NCBI GenBank assembly: GCA_963798215.1
Contig: CAWCSP010000004.1
Span: forward strand, 134,751-198,750
Length of the DNA stretch: 64,000 nt
DNA from: an uncultured Acidobacteriota bacterium
GTDB lineage: Bacteria > Acidobacteriota > Thermoanaerobaculia > UBA5066
Direction of reading: 5' to 3'
The position numbers and the translations under genes were made by a program. The first letter of the stretch is position 1. Every line of letters starts with the position of its first letter. The notes beneath the pieces are model-generated. The model saw only the letters and a list, made by a program, of their open reading frames with translations. It was not told the origin of the DNA and made no database searches. Shown here piece after piece: positions 45,748 through 55,947 of this stretch.

Positions 45748-47088
45748 TCAGCCCTTCCACTTCGGGACGAACAGGGTGGGAGAGCCCGCGCCGCCGCCAG
45801 CGGCCGGGATGAACTTGAGGTCGTCCCCGACCGCCCCGATCCCGCGCAGGAGGTCCGACAGCCGGCCCGAGAGCAGCGTTTCGGAGATGGCGTCGGTCGC
45901 CCGCCCTTTCTCGACCCAGTAGCCCGCGGCGTGCAGACGGAAGCGGTCGGCCGCGACGTCCACCTGCGGCCGCGAGAGGAGCACGGCCGCGTAGAAGCCC
46001 CGGACGAGGGCACGGAGGAGGTCGAGGGGCGGGACGCCCGACGACGGGTCCGCGAAGAAGTTCGTGACGCCGATCGCGGGCGGCTCGGAGAACGCGCGGC
46101 GGAACGCGTTGCCCGTCGGCCGGGTTCCCAGCCGATGGGCGGCCGCGGCGTCCGTGAGACGCGCGGCGAGACGGCCCCGTTCGAGAAGGACCGTGCGGCC
46201 CTGCGGCGTGCCCTCGCCGTCGTACGTCGTCCGCACGGGCCCTCCGGGCGCGCCCGCGGCGTCCACGAGCGTGAGGGCCGGCGACGCGAGGGCGTCGCGG
46301 CCGTCGCGCGTGCGTCGCGCGAGGAGCCCGTCCTCGTCCTCCCCGAAGAACGCCGGCGCGAGACGCGCGAGGACGGGAGCGGCGACGAAGGGATCGAGCA
46401 GGAGGTCGAAGCGTCCCGGGTCGAGCGGCCGGCCCCGTAGCGGGAGGAGGACGCGGTCGACCGCGTGGTGCGCGAGACGTGCGAGGGCAAGCTCCTCGGG
46501 GCGGGCGGCGGCCGCGACGACGCGGGCGGACGCGCGGCCGACTCCGGTTCGCGCCGCGACGGTCGCGACGAGCGTCGCGGCAGCGCTTCCGAAGGAGACG
46601 TCGCGTCCCGCCGTCGTCGCGACGCGCTCCGTCCGCGCGCCGAGGGCGAGGGCCGCCTCGCCGAGGACGACCGCGCCGTCGCTCGCGGCTGCGAGAGCGC
46701 GACGGAAGGCGACGAGGAGGCCGCGCGCCGCGATCTCGTCGGGGCGCGGAGGCGCCCCGAGCGGGGCGGGCGGCGCCACGCCCTCCGGTGCGGGCAGCTC
46801 CCGCGCGCCGCGCCGCGCGCGGGAACGTGCGAGAAGGAGGCGCGCTTCCGCGGGCAGGCGCCGGGCGCTGCCGGCTCCGGACGCCGCGAACGAGACGCGG
46901 CCCGCCCGGAAGAGGCGCACGGCGAACCCGCGCTCGGTCGAGACGCTCGCGAGGAGGCCGCGCTCGTCCTCGGCGAGCTCGAGGGACACCCCGCGCCGCT
47001 CGTAGACCTCGCCGCCCTCGCCGTCGTGCGCCCACGCCGACGCCGCGGCGAGCAGCTCCTCGAAGAGGCCGTCGCCGGGCGCGGTCAC
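45748..47088 (-). CDS. pmbA: Metalloprotease PmbA/TldE (TldD/PmbA family)
   Basis: GTG start in a GTGA overlap with the tldD stop. TldD/PmbA family C-terminal domain. Paired with the HEXXxH-bearing TldD. Confidence 0.7.
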   Translation of the reverse strand: MTAPGDGLFEELLAAASAWAHDGEGGEVYERRGVSLELAEDERGLLASVSTERGFAVRLFRAGRVSFAASGAGSARRLPAEARLLLARSRARRGARELPAPEGVAPPAPLGAPPRPDEIAARGLLVAFRRALAAASDGAVVLGEAALALGARTERVATTAGRDVSFGSAAATLVATVAARTGVGRASARVVAAAARPEELALARLAHHAVDRVLLPLRGRPLDPGRFDLLLDPFVAAPVLARLAPAFFGEDEDGLLARRTRDGRDALASPALTLVDAAGAPGGPVRTTYDGEGTPQGRTVLLERGRLAARLTDAAAAHRLGTRPTGNAFRRAFSEPPAIGVTNFFADPSSGVPPLDLLRALVRGFYAAVLLSRPQVDVAADRFRLHAAGYWVEKGRATDAISETLLSGRLSDLLRGIGAVGDDLKFIPAAGGGAGSPTLFVPKWKG

Positions 47089-48440
47089 GCCCGCCCCGGG
47101 ACGGCCGTCAGGCCGCGCAGGAGGATCGCCGGCGAGGCGCCGCCCACGGGCAGCGGCTCGCCGCGCTTGACGCAGAGGCCGAGCCCGCTCGCGGGCGCGG
47201 AGACGTCTCCCGTCTCGCCCCAGAGGTTGCGCAGGGCGGTGAGGACGTCGGAGGTCAGCAGGAACGGGGCGACCGGGGCGCCGAGGCGCCCCCGGCGGAC
47301 GACGTTGGCGCTCTCGACGAACAGGGAGAACCGCCCGGATTCGGGATCGGCGTGGCCCGCCGAGATCTCGCGGACGTAAACACCGGCGTCGCAGGCATCG
47401 AGGAGCTCGTCGCGGCTCGCGCGGCCGGCGGACACGAGGAGGACCGAGAGGCGCGGGCGCGGCGGCCGGCGGTAGTCGCCGCAGCGCCCGTGGCCGTTCG
47501 AGTCGGCGCCCGCCGTGCGGCGGTCCGTGAGGACGCCCGCGACGCGGCCGTCCTCGAGGAGCGGCACGGCGCGCGCGGGCGTGCCTTCGTCGTCCGCGAG
47601 GTACGAGCCCGGCAGGTCGCGGCGCGTCGGATCGCACGTGACGAAAGTCCCCGGTGGCGCGACGGCGGCGCGCGGGACGCGGGCGAGAACCGACGTGCGC
47701 TCGCCGCCCTCGGCCTCGAGCGGGTGGCCGACGGCCTCGTGCCAGAAGACGGACGCGGCCTCCGGCGAGAGGACGGCGTCGACCTTTCCCCCGGGCGCGC
47801 GATGCGCGGGCACGGGGCGCGTCGCGTCCGCGAGGGCCTTCGCAAACGCGTCGCATGCGGCGGGAAAAGGCGCCGAGGACTGGAACGCGAACGAGCGGCT
47901 CGAATCCGGGCGCCGGAGGACGCCCGTCGCCTCGAGCCGCGTCGCCTCGCCGCACGGAACGAAGGCGCGGGCCGTCACGACGGCGCGCGAGACCGTCACG
48001 CGCGCGATCGCGAGCGTGAGCGAGAAGCCCCGCGGGTCGGGGAGGGCGCGCGCGAGCGCGGCCTGGAGCTGCGTCGCGCGGCCCTCCTCGTCGGGACCGG
48101 ACGGTCCGAGATCCTCGGCCGTCCGCCGGGCGGCCTTCGCCTTGAAGAACGGTGTGCCGCCCGCGCGGCGCGAGGCCTCACGCACGGCCTCCCGGAGGGA
48201 CTCGGGGCCGTCGCCGTCGGACGCGACGAGAAGCGAGTCCTTCCCGCGCGTCACGCGCACGGCGGTTCCGCTCTCCTCGACGATCGACGGGGACTGGAGA
48301 CCCGCCTCGGTCGCGCTCCACGTGATCGCGCGGCGGCGCTCGCGGAAGGCCTCGCCCCCCTCGCCGCGGCGGAGCATCCCCGAGACGATGCGAACCGCGT
48401 CCTCCGCGTCCTCGCGGAAGACCGTGACGTCGTTGCTCAA
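47085..48440 (-). CDS. tldD: Zinc metalloprotease TldD
   Basis: 451 aa with the HEAVGH zinc motif and a TldD/PmbA fold. Immediately upstream of pmbA on the same strand. Confidence 0.85.
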   Translation of the reverse strand: MSNDVTVFREDAEDAVRIVSGMLRRGEGGEAFRERRRAITWSATEAGLQSPSIVEESGTAVRVTRGKDSLLVASDGDGPESLREAVREASRRAGGTPFFKAKAARRTAEDLGPSGPDEEGRATQLQAALARALPDPRGFSLTLAIARVTVSRAVVTARAFVPCGEATRLEATGVLRRPDSSRSFAFQSSAPFPAACDAFAKALADATRPVPAHRAPGGKVDAVLSPEAASVFWHEAVGHPLEAEGGERTSVLARVPRAAVAPPGTFVTCDPTRRDLPGSYLADDEGTPARAVPLLEDGRVAGVLTDRRTAGADSNGHGRCGDYRRPPRPRLSVLLVSAGRASRDELLDACDAGVYVREISAGHADPESGRFSLFVESANVVRRGRLGAPVAPFLLTSDVLTALRNLWGETGDVSAPASGLGLCVKRGEPLPVGGASPAILLRGLTAVPGRA

Positions 48441-48490
48441 CGAGGGGGATTGTAGGAGCGCGCGCGGCGTGGGATATCCTCGAATGTCCT

Positions 48491-48769
48491 ATGGCCTTGT
48501 CAGACGCCCGGCTGGCCGCACAGGCCGCCTACGTGGCGCGCCGCATCCTCGCCGAGGGGCTCGTGAAGACGGCCGCGGCCGCGGAGCTGCGGCGCGCGCT
48601 CGAGACGGTCCTCGTGGACGACCGGGACCGTGAGCGCGCCCTCGACGAGGAGGTCAAGAAGCTGCTCGCGCAGAACGCGGCGACGATTCGGGGCGCGGGC
48701 GTGGACTACGCGGAGATGTTCCGGAAGGCGAAGAAGATGCTCGCCGACAAGAAGAAGATCCCGCTGTGA
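48491..48769 (+). CDS. Small hypothetical protein (92 aa, helical, Lys-rich C-terminus)
   Basis: Clean ORF with coding-like composition. No recognisable motif. Confidence 0.4.
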   Translation: MALSDARLAAQAAYVARRILAEGLVKTAAAAELRRALETVLVDDRDRERALDEEVKKLLAQNAATIRGAGVDYAEMFRKAKKMLADKKKIPL

Positions 48770-48776
48770 GGAGCGC

Positions 48777-50339
48777 ATGACCCGGTCCATCGACGAACGC
48801 CTCGAGTTCCTCGAGTCCCTCCGGGAGAAGTCGCGGCTCGGCGGCGGCCCCGAGCGCCGCGAGAGGCAGCACAAGGCTGGAAAGCTCACGGCGCGCGAGC
48901 GCGTCGAGCTCCTCGGAGACCCCGGCTCGTTCGACGAGATCGACCCGTTCGTCGTCCACCGCGCCCGCGACTTCGGCATGGACGACGCCGCGAACGAGAT
49001 CCCGGGCGACGGCGTCGTCGCGGGCTCCGTCCGCGTCGAGGGCCGGCCCGTTTTCGTCTTCGCGCAGGACTTCACGGTCTTCGGCGGGTCCCTCTCCGAG
49101 ACGAACGCCGCGAAGATCTGCAAGCTCATGGACATCGCGATGAAGGTCGGCGCGCCCGTCGTCGGGCTCAACGACTCGGGCGGCGCGCGCATCCAGGAGG
49201 GCGTCGTCTCCCTCGGCGGCTACGCGGACATCTTCCTGCGCAACACGCTCGCCTCGGGCGTCGTCCCGCAGATCAGCGCGATCCTCGGCCCCTGTGCGGG
49301 CGGCGCCGTCTACTCGCCCGCGATCACGGATTTCGTCCTGATGGCGCGGGGGACGAGCTCGATGTTCGTCACGGGGCCCGACGTGATCAAGACGGTCACG
49401 CACGAGGACGTCACGAAGGAGGCGCTCGGCGGCGCGGACACGCACGCCTCCGTCTCGGGTGTCGCGCACGTCGTCGCGGATTCGGACGCGGACTGCCTCC
49501 ACAAGATCCGCGCGCTCCTCGGCTTTTTCCCGTCGAACAACCAGGAGGACCCGCCGAAGCGCGAGAACGGGGATCCCGTCGACCGCGAGGACCCCGAGCT
49601 CGACCGCGTCGTCCCGGCGAACGCGAACCAGCCTTACGACATGATCGGGCTGATCAAGCGCGTCGTGGACGAGGGCGAGCTCTTCGAGATCCACGCGGAC
49701 TACGCGAAGAACATCGTCGTCGGCTTCGCGCGGCTCGGCGGCAAGCCCGTCGGGATCGTCGCGAACCAGCCGGACCACCTCGCGGGCGTCCTCGACATCG
49801 ACGCGTCCGTCAAGGGCGCGCGCTTCGTGAGATTCTGCGACGCGTTCAACATCCCGCTCGTCACGTTCGAGGACGTTCCCGGCTTCCTCCCCGGCACGAA
49901 GCAGGAGTTCGGCGGGATCATCCGGCACGGCGCCAAGCTCCTCTATGCGTTTGCCGAGGCGACCGTTCCGAAGCTCACCGTCATCACGCGCAAGGCCTAC
50001 GGCGGCGCCTACTGCGTCATGTCGTCCAAGCACATCCGGACGGACTTCAACTACGCGTGGCCGACGGCCGAGATCGCCGTCATGGGCGCCGAGGGCGCCG
50101 TCAACATCCTGTACAGCCGCGAGCTCAAGGCCGCGAAAGACCCGGCCGCGGCGCGCAAGGTCAAGATCTCCGAGTACGAGGACGCGTTCGCGAACCCGTA
50201 CGTCGCGGCCCGGCGCGGCTATGTCGACGACGTGATCGCGCCGCGGACGACGCGCCCGCGCCTCATCCGCGCGCTGGACCTGCTGGCCAACAAGCGAGAC
50301 GTCATGCCTCCAAAGAAGCACGGGAATATCCCTCTATGA
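48777..50339 (+). CDS. pccB: Acyl-CoA carboxylase carboxyltransferase subunit (propionyl-CoA carboxylase beta / methylmalonyl-CoA carboxyltransferase)
   Basis: ATG after a GAGGAG RBS. 520 aa with carboxyltransferase N and C signatures ([37 protein letters not shown]). Confidence 0.9.
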   Translation: MTRSIDERLEFLESLREKSRLGGGPERRERQHKAGKLTARERVELLGDPGSFDEIDPFVVHRARDFGMDDAANEIPGDGVVAGSVRVEGRPVFVFAQDFTVFGGSLSETNAAKICKLMDIAMKVGAPVVGLNDSGGARIQEGVVSLGGYADIFLRNTLASGVVPQISAILGPCAGGAVYSPAITDFVLMARGTSSMFVTGPDVIKTVTHEDVTKEALGGADTHASVSGVAHVVADSDADCLHKIRALLGFFPSNNQEDPPKRENGDPVDREDPELDRVVPANANQPYDMIGLIKRVVDEGELFEIHADYAKNIVVGFARLGGKPVGIVANQPDHLAGVLDIDASVKGARFVRFCDAFNIPLVTFEDVPGFLPGTKQEFGGIIRHGAKLLYAFAEATVPKLTVITRKAYGGAYCVMSSKHIRTDFNYAWPTAEIAVMGAEGAVNILYSRELKAAKDPAAARKVKISEYEDAFANPYVAARRGYVDDVIAPRTTRPRLIRALDLLANKRDVMPPKKHGNIPL

Positions 50340-50371
50340 GCCGGGAGGCGATGCGCGTGGGGCAGGGTGTT

Positions 50372-50476
50372 GATTTCTTCGAGTATGAGAAATCGCGCGG
50401 TGCAGGCGATGCCGACGCGCAGCCGGCACGAGCACGGCTCCGGCTTCCCCCTCCGACCCCTTCTAAGAAATCTCCC
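50372..50476. repeat. Palindromic element copy D (~105 bp) in the pccB-accC intergenic region
   Basis: Left arm GATTTCTTCGAGTATGAGAAATC (divergent) and right arm CCCCTTCTAAGAAATCTCC. Confidence 0.5.
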
Positions 50477-50493
50477 GGTCTCAATTTCTTCTC

Positions 50494-51987
50494 ATGAACG
50501 CGCCCCGTCTCCTCATCGCGAACCGCGGCGAGATCGCCGTGAGGATCATCCGGGCCTGCCGCGACCTCGGGATCTCGCCGGTCGCGGTCTATTCCGAGGC
50601 CGATCGCGGGTCGCTCCACGTGCGCCTCGCGGACCACGCCGTCGCGATCGGGCCGCCCCCGGCGCGCGAGAGCTATCTCGTCCCGGAAAAGCTCATCGCG
50701 GCCGCGCGGAAGACCGGAGCGTCGCTCGTCCACCCCGGCTTCGGCTTCCTCTCCGAGAACGCCGCGTTCGCGCAGGCCGTGATCGACGCCGGGCTCACGT
50801 GGGTCGGGCCGCGCCCGTTCTCGATCGGGGCGATGGGCAGCAAGACGGAGTCCCGCCAGCGGATGCTCGCGGCGGGCGTCCCCGTCGTCCCGGGCATGAC
50901 GACGCCCGCGGCCTCGGCCGCTGAGATCGCGGCGTTCGGCCGGGAGAACGGCTTCCCGCTTCTCCTCAAGGCGGCGGCCGGCGGCGGCGGCAAGGGCATG
51001 CGCGTCGTCAGGGCCGAGTCCGAGGTCGCCGAGGCGTTCGCGCGGACGCAGAGCGAGGCGAAGTCGTACTTCGCCGACGACCGCGTCTACGCGGAGCTTT
51101 TCGTCGAGCACCCCCGCCACATCGAGGTCCAGATCCTCGGCGACGCGACGGGCAAGGTCCTCGCGATCGGCGAGCGCGAGTGCTCGCTCCAGCGGCGGCA
51201 CCAGAAGGTTCTCGAGGAGTGCCCGTCGGCGGCCGTCTCGCCCGAGCTCCGGGCGAAGATGGAAGCGGTCGCGGTCGCGGCCGCCAGGGCCGTCGAATAC
51301 GTCTCGGCCGGCACCGTCGAGTTCCTCCTCGCGAAGGACGGACGGTTCTTCTTCCTCGAGATGAACACCCGCATCCAGGTCGAGCACCCCGTCACAGAGT
51401 CCGTGTACGGAGTCGACCTCGTGGCCGAGATGATCCGGATCGCGCTCGGCAGGCCGATGTCCTTCGCTGAGAAGCCCGCGGCGCGCGGCCACGCGATCGA
51501 GTGCCGCGTCTACGCGGAGGACCCGGGTCACGCGTTCGCGCCGTCGCCGGGCCGCATCACGGCCCTGCGCTGGCCCGGCGGCCCCGGCATCCGCGTGGAT
51601 GCGGGACTGACCGCCGGGGACGTGGTCCCCCTCGACTACGACCCGATGGTCGCGAAGATCACGGCCTGGGGCACGAACCGCGACGAGGCGCGTCGCCGGA
51701 TGCTCCGAGCGCTCGCCGAGACGCGGATCCAGGGGATCCAGACGTCCGTGCCGTTCTTCGTTTCCCTCCTGAACGACCCGCGCGTCGTGAACAACGACGT
51801 TTCGACGCAGTTTCTCGACACGTACCGGTTCGTGCCGCCCGCCCCGGAGGAAGGCCAGCAGGACCTCGCCCTCGCGGCGGCCGTCCTCGAGGCGCTCGAG
51901 CAGACGCAGACCGTCCGCCCCCGGACGAAGGGAGCGGCCCCGGCGCCGTGGCGGACCGCGCGGCCGACGCACGGAGTGCGAGGATGA
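50494..51987 (+). CDS. accC: Biotin carboxylase subunit of acetyl/acyl-CoA carboxylase
   Basis: 497 aa. ATP-grasp biotin carboxylase motifs ([28 protein letters not shown]). Confidence 0.9.
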   Translation: MNAPRLLIANRGEIAVRIIRACRDLGISPVAVYSEADRGSLHVRLADHAVAIGPPPARESYLVPEKLIAAARKTGASLVHPGFGFLSENAAFAQAVIDAGLTWVGPRPFSIGAMGSKTESRQRMLAAGVPVVPGMTTPAASAAEIAAFGRENGFPLLLKAAAGGGGKGMRVVRAESEVAEAFARTQSEAKSYFADDRVYAELFVEHPRHIEVQILGDATGKVLAIGERECSLQRRHQKVLEECPSAAVSPELRAKMEAVAVAAARAVEYVSAGTVEFLLAKDGRFFFLEMNTRIQVEHPVTESVYGVDLVAEMIRIALGRPMSFAEKPAARGHAIECRVYAEDPGHAFAPSPGRITALRWPGGPGIRVDAGLTAGDVVPLDYDPMVAKITAWGTNRDEARRRMLRALAETRIQGIQTSVPFFVSLLNDPRVVNNDVSTQFLDTYRFVPPAPEEGQQDLALAAAVLEALEQTQTVRPRTKGAAPAPWRTARPTHGVRG

Positions 51988-52057
51988 ACCGGAGAGCCGA
52001 GGGACGCCCGAGGCTCGGAAGTCCCTGCGGGCTCCGAGTCGCCAGACGAGGATCTCG

Positions 52058-52585
52058 ATGAAATACCACGCCCGGTTCGCCGGGGCCGGACCCTCCGGCG
52101 TCGCCCTGAGAGTCGAGGCGCCCTCCCCGTCCTACGAGATCGAGACGGAAGGCCGCACGCTCGCGGGCAACGCCCGGCGGCTCGGCGAGGGCGTGTGGTC
52201 CCTCGTGACGGCCGACGGCCGCCAGGCCGAGGTCCGGATCGAGCGGACGCCCGACGGCGGGATGCGGGTGCGCATCGGCGCCGTCACGTTCGAGTTCGAC
52301 CTGCTCGACGAGCTCACGGCGCGCGCCCTCCTCGCGACGGGCGGGCGCGCCGTGTGCAAGGCCAAGCACGTCGCCGCCGCGATGCCGGGCCGCGTCCTGC
52401 GCGTCCTCGTCGCCGCGGGGGACGCGGTCACGGCGGGGCAGCCCCTCGTCGTCCTCGAGGCGATGAAGATGGAGAACGAGGTGAAGTCTCCCCAGGACGG
52501 CGTCGTGTCCGCCGTCGCCGTGGCGGCGGGGCAGCCCGTCAACGCGGGCGAGGTCCTCGTCCGTTTCGCGGCCGACCCGGCCTGA
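52058..52585 (+). CDS. Biotin carboxyl carrier protein / biotin-lipoyl attachment domain protein
   Basis: C-terminal biotinyl domain with the [10 protein letters not shown] motif (biotinyl-lysine AMKM). Confidence 0.8.
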   Translation: MKYHARFAGAGPSGVALRVEAPSPSYEIETEGRTLAGNARRLGEGVWSLVTADGRQAEVRIERTPDGGMRVRIGAVTFEFDLLDELTARALLATGGRAVCKAKHVAAAMPGRVLRVLVAAGDAVTAGQPLVVLEAMKMENEVKSPQDGVVSAVAVAAGQPVNAGEVLVRFAADPA

Positions 52586-52632
52586 CCTCCCGGAGGTTCA
52601 CGGAGAGGGCCGGATCGCTTAATCTCCGCTCC

Positions 52633-53820
52633 ATGAAGACGCTCCTCCGCACGACCTTCGCGCTTCTCTTCGTCATGGGGCTCTCGTGCCGCGCCGCCCA
52701 GACCGCCTCGCCGCCCACGGCGACGGCGAAGCCCGCCGCCGCGAAGCCGGAGGGCCTGACCGAGTGGGCCGACGGCCTGTTCGCGTGGGGTGCGGGGAAG
52801 ACGACGCTCGAGGAGATCACGACCCTCAAGATCCCGGGCACGCGGATCTACCTCGCGAAGCGGACATACGCGGCCGACCCCCGGATGAACGACCAGGCCC
52901 ACCTCTTCGTCGAGGAGGGCGGCAAGATCCTCGTCGGCGACGTCTTCTACGACGAGGACCGCGCGAAGAATCCCTCGCCCGTCCGCACGGACGCCGACCT
53001 CGAGAGCATGCGCTCAAAGGTCCGGCAGTTCCTGATCGGCGGCTTCAGCCTCGTCCTCGACCCCGCCTCCGACCGGAAGAACTGGAAGGGCGTGACCGTG
53101 AAGATGGACACGGGCTACGGGATCACCCCGATGGCCGCGTTCATCAAGGCGGACGACGGGACGCTGCTCGTCATCGGCCGGTTCTGGGACCGCAACCGCT
53201 CGATCGCCGAGCAGCGGCGAGAGGGCATCAAGCTCGCGGGCGCCCCGATGACGGGTCCCGCGGACGCGAGGGTGACGGTCGTCGAGTACTCGGACATGGA
53301 GTGCGGCTTCTGCAAGAAGCGCACGGCGGACTTCGACGCCCTCGTCGCGAAGATGTCGAAGGAGCTGACGATCAAGCGGTACATCAAGCTGTTCCCGCTC
53401 ACGACCGCGCATCCGTGGGCCTACCGCGCGGCATCGGCGGGACGATGCTTCTTCGACCTCAAGGGCGCCTCGGCGTTCTTCCGGTGGAAGTCGGCGGTGT
53501 ACGCGAGGCAGGACGAGCTTTCCGTGCCGGGCGTCGACTCGTTCGCGATGGACTTCGCCTACGCGAACGAGATCCCGGACGCACAGTTCCGCGCCTGTTA
53601 CCTGCAGGCGAAGTCGAACGACAAGATCCACGCCGACCTCACCGAAGGCTGGGCCCTGCGCGTGCGCTCGACGCCGACCTACTACATCGACGGCGTCTAC
53701 GTTTCGTGGTTCTCGGACAACATCATGGAGGAGTTCCTTCGCACGACGTACCTCGGCGGCAAGGGACTCCCATTGCCCGCGGCGCCCACGGCGGTGCCGG
53801 CAGGCGCCGCGAAGCACTGA
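52633..53820 (+). CDS. Secreted DsbA-family thiol:disulfide oxidoreductase (thioredoxin fold, CGFC active site)
   Basis: Lipoprotein-like signal (MKTLLRTTFALLFVMGLSC). VVEYSDMECGFCKK CxxC motif in a DsbA-like context. Confidence 0.7.
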   Translation: MKTLLRTTFALLFVMGLSCRAAQTASPPTATAKPAAAKPEGLTEWADGLFAWGAGKTTLEEITTLKIPGTRIYLAKRTYAADPRMNDQAHLFVEEGGKILVGDVFYDEDRAKNPSPVRTDADLESMRSKVRQFLIGGFSLVLDPASDRKNWKGVTVKMDTGYGITPMAAFIKADDGTLLVIGRFWDRNRSIAEQRREGIKLAGAPMTGPADARVTVVEYSDMECGFCKKRTADFDALVAKMSKELTIKRYIKLFPLTTAHPWAYRAASAGRCFFDLKGASAFFRWKSAVYARQDELSVPGVDSFAMDFAYANEIPDAQFRACYLQAKSNDKIHADLTEGWALRVRSTPTYYIDGVYVSWFSDNIMEEFLRTTYLGGKGLPLPAAPTAVPAGAAKH

Positions 53821-53843
53821 GGTGGAGAAAGAGTAAGGGGAAG

Positions 53844-53937
53844 ATTTTCTTAGAAAGGTGTGCGAAGCCGGAGCGGGTGCTTCGCCGGCGCTCGCGAGCA
53901 CCGCCGGTGCGCCGCCCTCTTCACCTTCTAAGAAGTC
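53844..53937. repeat. Palindromic element copy E (94 bp) between convergent genes
   Basis: Left arm ATTTTCTTAGAAAGGTG and right arm CTTCACCTTCTAAGAAGTC, with a GC-rich palindromic interior. Confidence 0.65.
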
Positions 53938-53955
53938 TCTCTCTCCTTCTCCTTC

Positions 53956-55899
53956 CTAATTCTTGAAGGGCACCTGGACGGCGATCCAGGTCTTCACGTT
54001 CACGCCGTTCTTCGTCGCGGGCTTCCAGCGCCACTCATCGAGCGCGTGAACGCTCGCGGCGCCGAGGCCGACGCTCGGGGTCACGTCCCTCAGGATCTCG
54101 ACCTTGGCCGGCCTGCCGGTCTCGTCGACGAGGACGCGCAGGAGGACCGTGCCCGAGACCCGCTGCTGCCTGGCCATCGGCGGGATGACGGGGCTGACCT
54201 GGCGTGTCGGGGCGGGCGGCGTGTCGCAGACGTCGACATCGACGAAGTCCCCCTCCTTCACGGGCGCCGCGGGCGGCGCAGCGGCGCCCGCCGCTGCCTG
54301 GGCTTCCTCGCGCCGCTTCGCGGCGGCCTCGCGGGCCAGACGCGTGGCCTCCTCGCGGTCCGAGCGGTTGCGGGCGGCGCGGGCCGCGTCCTCGCTCTCG
54401 CGCGCCTTCCGTGCCTCCTCGGACACCTGCTCGATGTCGGCCAGCTTCTTCTTCGCGGCGGAGTCCTGCTGCTTGGCCGCGCGCGCTTCCTGTTTCTTGA
54501 GCTCCTCGTCGAGCCTTTTCTGGACCGCGGCCTGGAAGAGCGGGTCGTCTTTGCCGACGACGACGGGCTCGAGCGTGGGGACCGGCGTCGGCGGCGCCGC
54601 GGTCGGCCGGGGCGTGGGCGCGGGCGCGGGGGCGGGCGCGGGAGCGTGCGGACGCAGCGCGAGGAACGCGCCGGCACCGAGGACGGCGGCCGACCCGAGT
54701 GCCACGGCCCAGACCGGGACTCCGCCCAGCGGCTTCTTCGGCGCGCCGGTCATCGTCCGCACCGGCGCGGCGCCCTTCGCGGGCGCGGGCCGGACGGGAG
54801 CGGGCGGGACGACCGGTCCCGGGCTGGAAGGCATGCGGCGCGAGCCGGTGGACGAATCCACCTTGCGGGCGGGCGGGGCCGGGTCGGGCCTCTTCGTGCC
54901 GCCGCTCGACTCGAGGCGGCGGCGGCCGGTCGTTTCGGCCGCCGCGAGCGCGGCGGGGTCGAACTGCTCCTCGGCGGCGAGCTCCGATTTCTCCCGCTGG
55001 ATCGCGCGCTCGAAGTTCTTCTGAAGGAAGAACGCGAGGTTGAACGTCGACGGCGCGTACGGACCCCCGAACAGGAGGGCCGAGAGGTCGCGCCGGTAGT
55101 TCGCGACGCTGCGGTCGCGCGTCGCCGGGTCCGGGTGGAGGGCGCGGCGCAGGAGGCGCCGGATGTCCTCGGGCACGGGCGAGCCGTCCACCGCGAGCGT
55201 GGACGTTTCGACCGCCTCGAGGGCGACGCCCGGGAGCGGCGGCTTGCCCGTGAGCGCTTCGAAGAGGATGGCGCCCACGCTGTAGAGGTCGCCCCCCGCG
55301 CCCGGCCTGCCGGACGCGAGGACCTCCGGGGCGATGTAGGGCGCGAAGGCCTGCCGCGCGCGCGGCACCGAGAGCGACGGGAGAAGCCCCGCCCCGAGAC
55401 CGAATCCGAAGACGCGGGCCTCGCCCTCGTTCGAGATGGAGACGAACGCCGGGATGAGGAAGCCGTGGGGGGCGCCCGTGTAGCGCTCGACCGCGGCGCC
55501 CGCCTCGAGCGCGGTCAGGAGGCGTTCGGCGATCAGGAGGCCGTGCTCGGCGGGCAAGACGGCGCCGAGCACGCGCGCCGCGAGAAGCGTGTCGAGCGTG
55601 CGGCCCTCGACGTACTCGACCGCGAGGAACGGCGTGTCGTCGATGACGCCGAGGACCGTGCCCTTCGCGACCGCGGCGCCCTGGACGTCGTCGATGAGGT
55701 GGACGGCCGTTTCCATCGCGGCGTGGAGAGCGGCCCGGTCGACGGCGGCCGACGTGAACGTGCGGAACAGGTGGAACGGCCGCAGCCGGGGCGCTCCGGC
55801 GGTCCCGCCGCGCCACACCTCTCCGAGCGGATCGCTTCCGATCGCGCGCGTGAGGACGTACGGCCCGAAGGACCGCGGGCTGGATGCGGACGCGCTCAT
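53956..55899 (-). CDS. TonB C-terminal domain protein with large N-terminal cytoplasmic pseudokinase (degenerate Ser/Thr kinase-like) domain
   Basis: 647 aa. The N-terminal ~300 aa is kinase-like, with conserved APE (YIAPEVL) and DxYSxG (DLYSVGAILFEALTG). The catalytic HRD is HGF and the DFG is FGFG, so it is predicted inactive. A TM helix follows (VWAVALGSAAVLGAGAFLAL), then an AP/Pro-rich spacer and a charged coiled region. The C-terminus is a TonB_C domain (VSGTVLLRVLVDETGRPAKVEILRDV...VKTWIAVQVPFKN). Confidence 0.65.
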   Translation of the reverse strand: MSASASSPRSFGPYVLTRAIGSDPLGEVWRGGTAGAPRLRPFHLFRTFTSAAVDRAALHAAMETAVHLIDDVQGAAVAKGTVLGVIDDTPFLAVEYVEGRTLDTLLAARVLGAVLPAEHGLLIAERLLTALEAGAAVERYTGAPHGFLIPAFVSISNEGEARVFGFGLGAGLLPSLSVPRARQAFAPYIAPEVLASGRPGAGGDLYSVGAILFEALTGKPPLPGVALEAVETSTLAVDGSPVPEDIRRLLRRALHPDPATRDRSVANYRRDLSALLFGGPYAPSTFNLAFFLQKNFERAIQREKSELAAEEQFDPAALAAAETTGRRRLESSGGTKRPDPAPPARKVDSSTGSRRMPSSPGPVVPPAPVRPAPAKGAAPVRTMTGAPKKPLGGVPVWAVALGSAAVLGAGAFLALRPHAPAPAPAPAPTPRPTAAPPTPVPTLEPVVVGKDDPLFQAAVQKRLDEELKKQEARAAKQQDSAAKKKLADIEQVSEEARKARESEDAARAARNRSDREEATRLAREAAAKRREEAQAAAGAAAPPAAPVKEGDFVDVDVCDTPPAPTRQVSPVIPPMARQQRVSGTVLLRVLVDETGRPAKVEILRDVTPSVGLGAASVHALDEWRWKPATKNGVNVKTWIAVQVPFKN

Positions 55900-55947
55900 G
55901 GGATTCCGGTCGGTGCGCCTCAGTCTAGCAGCCGCAAGACGCCGCCG

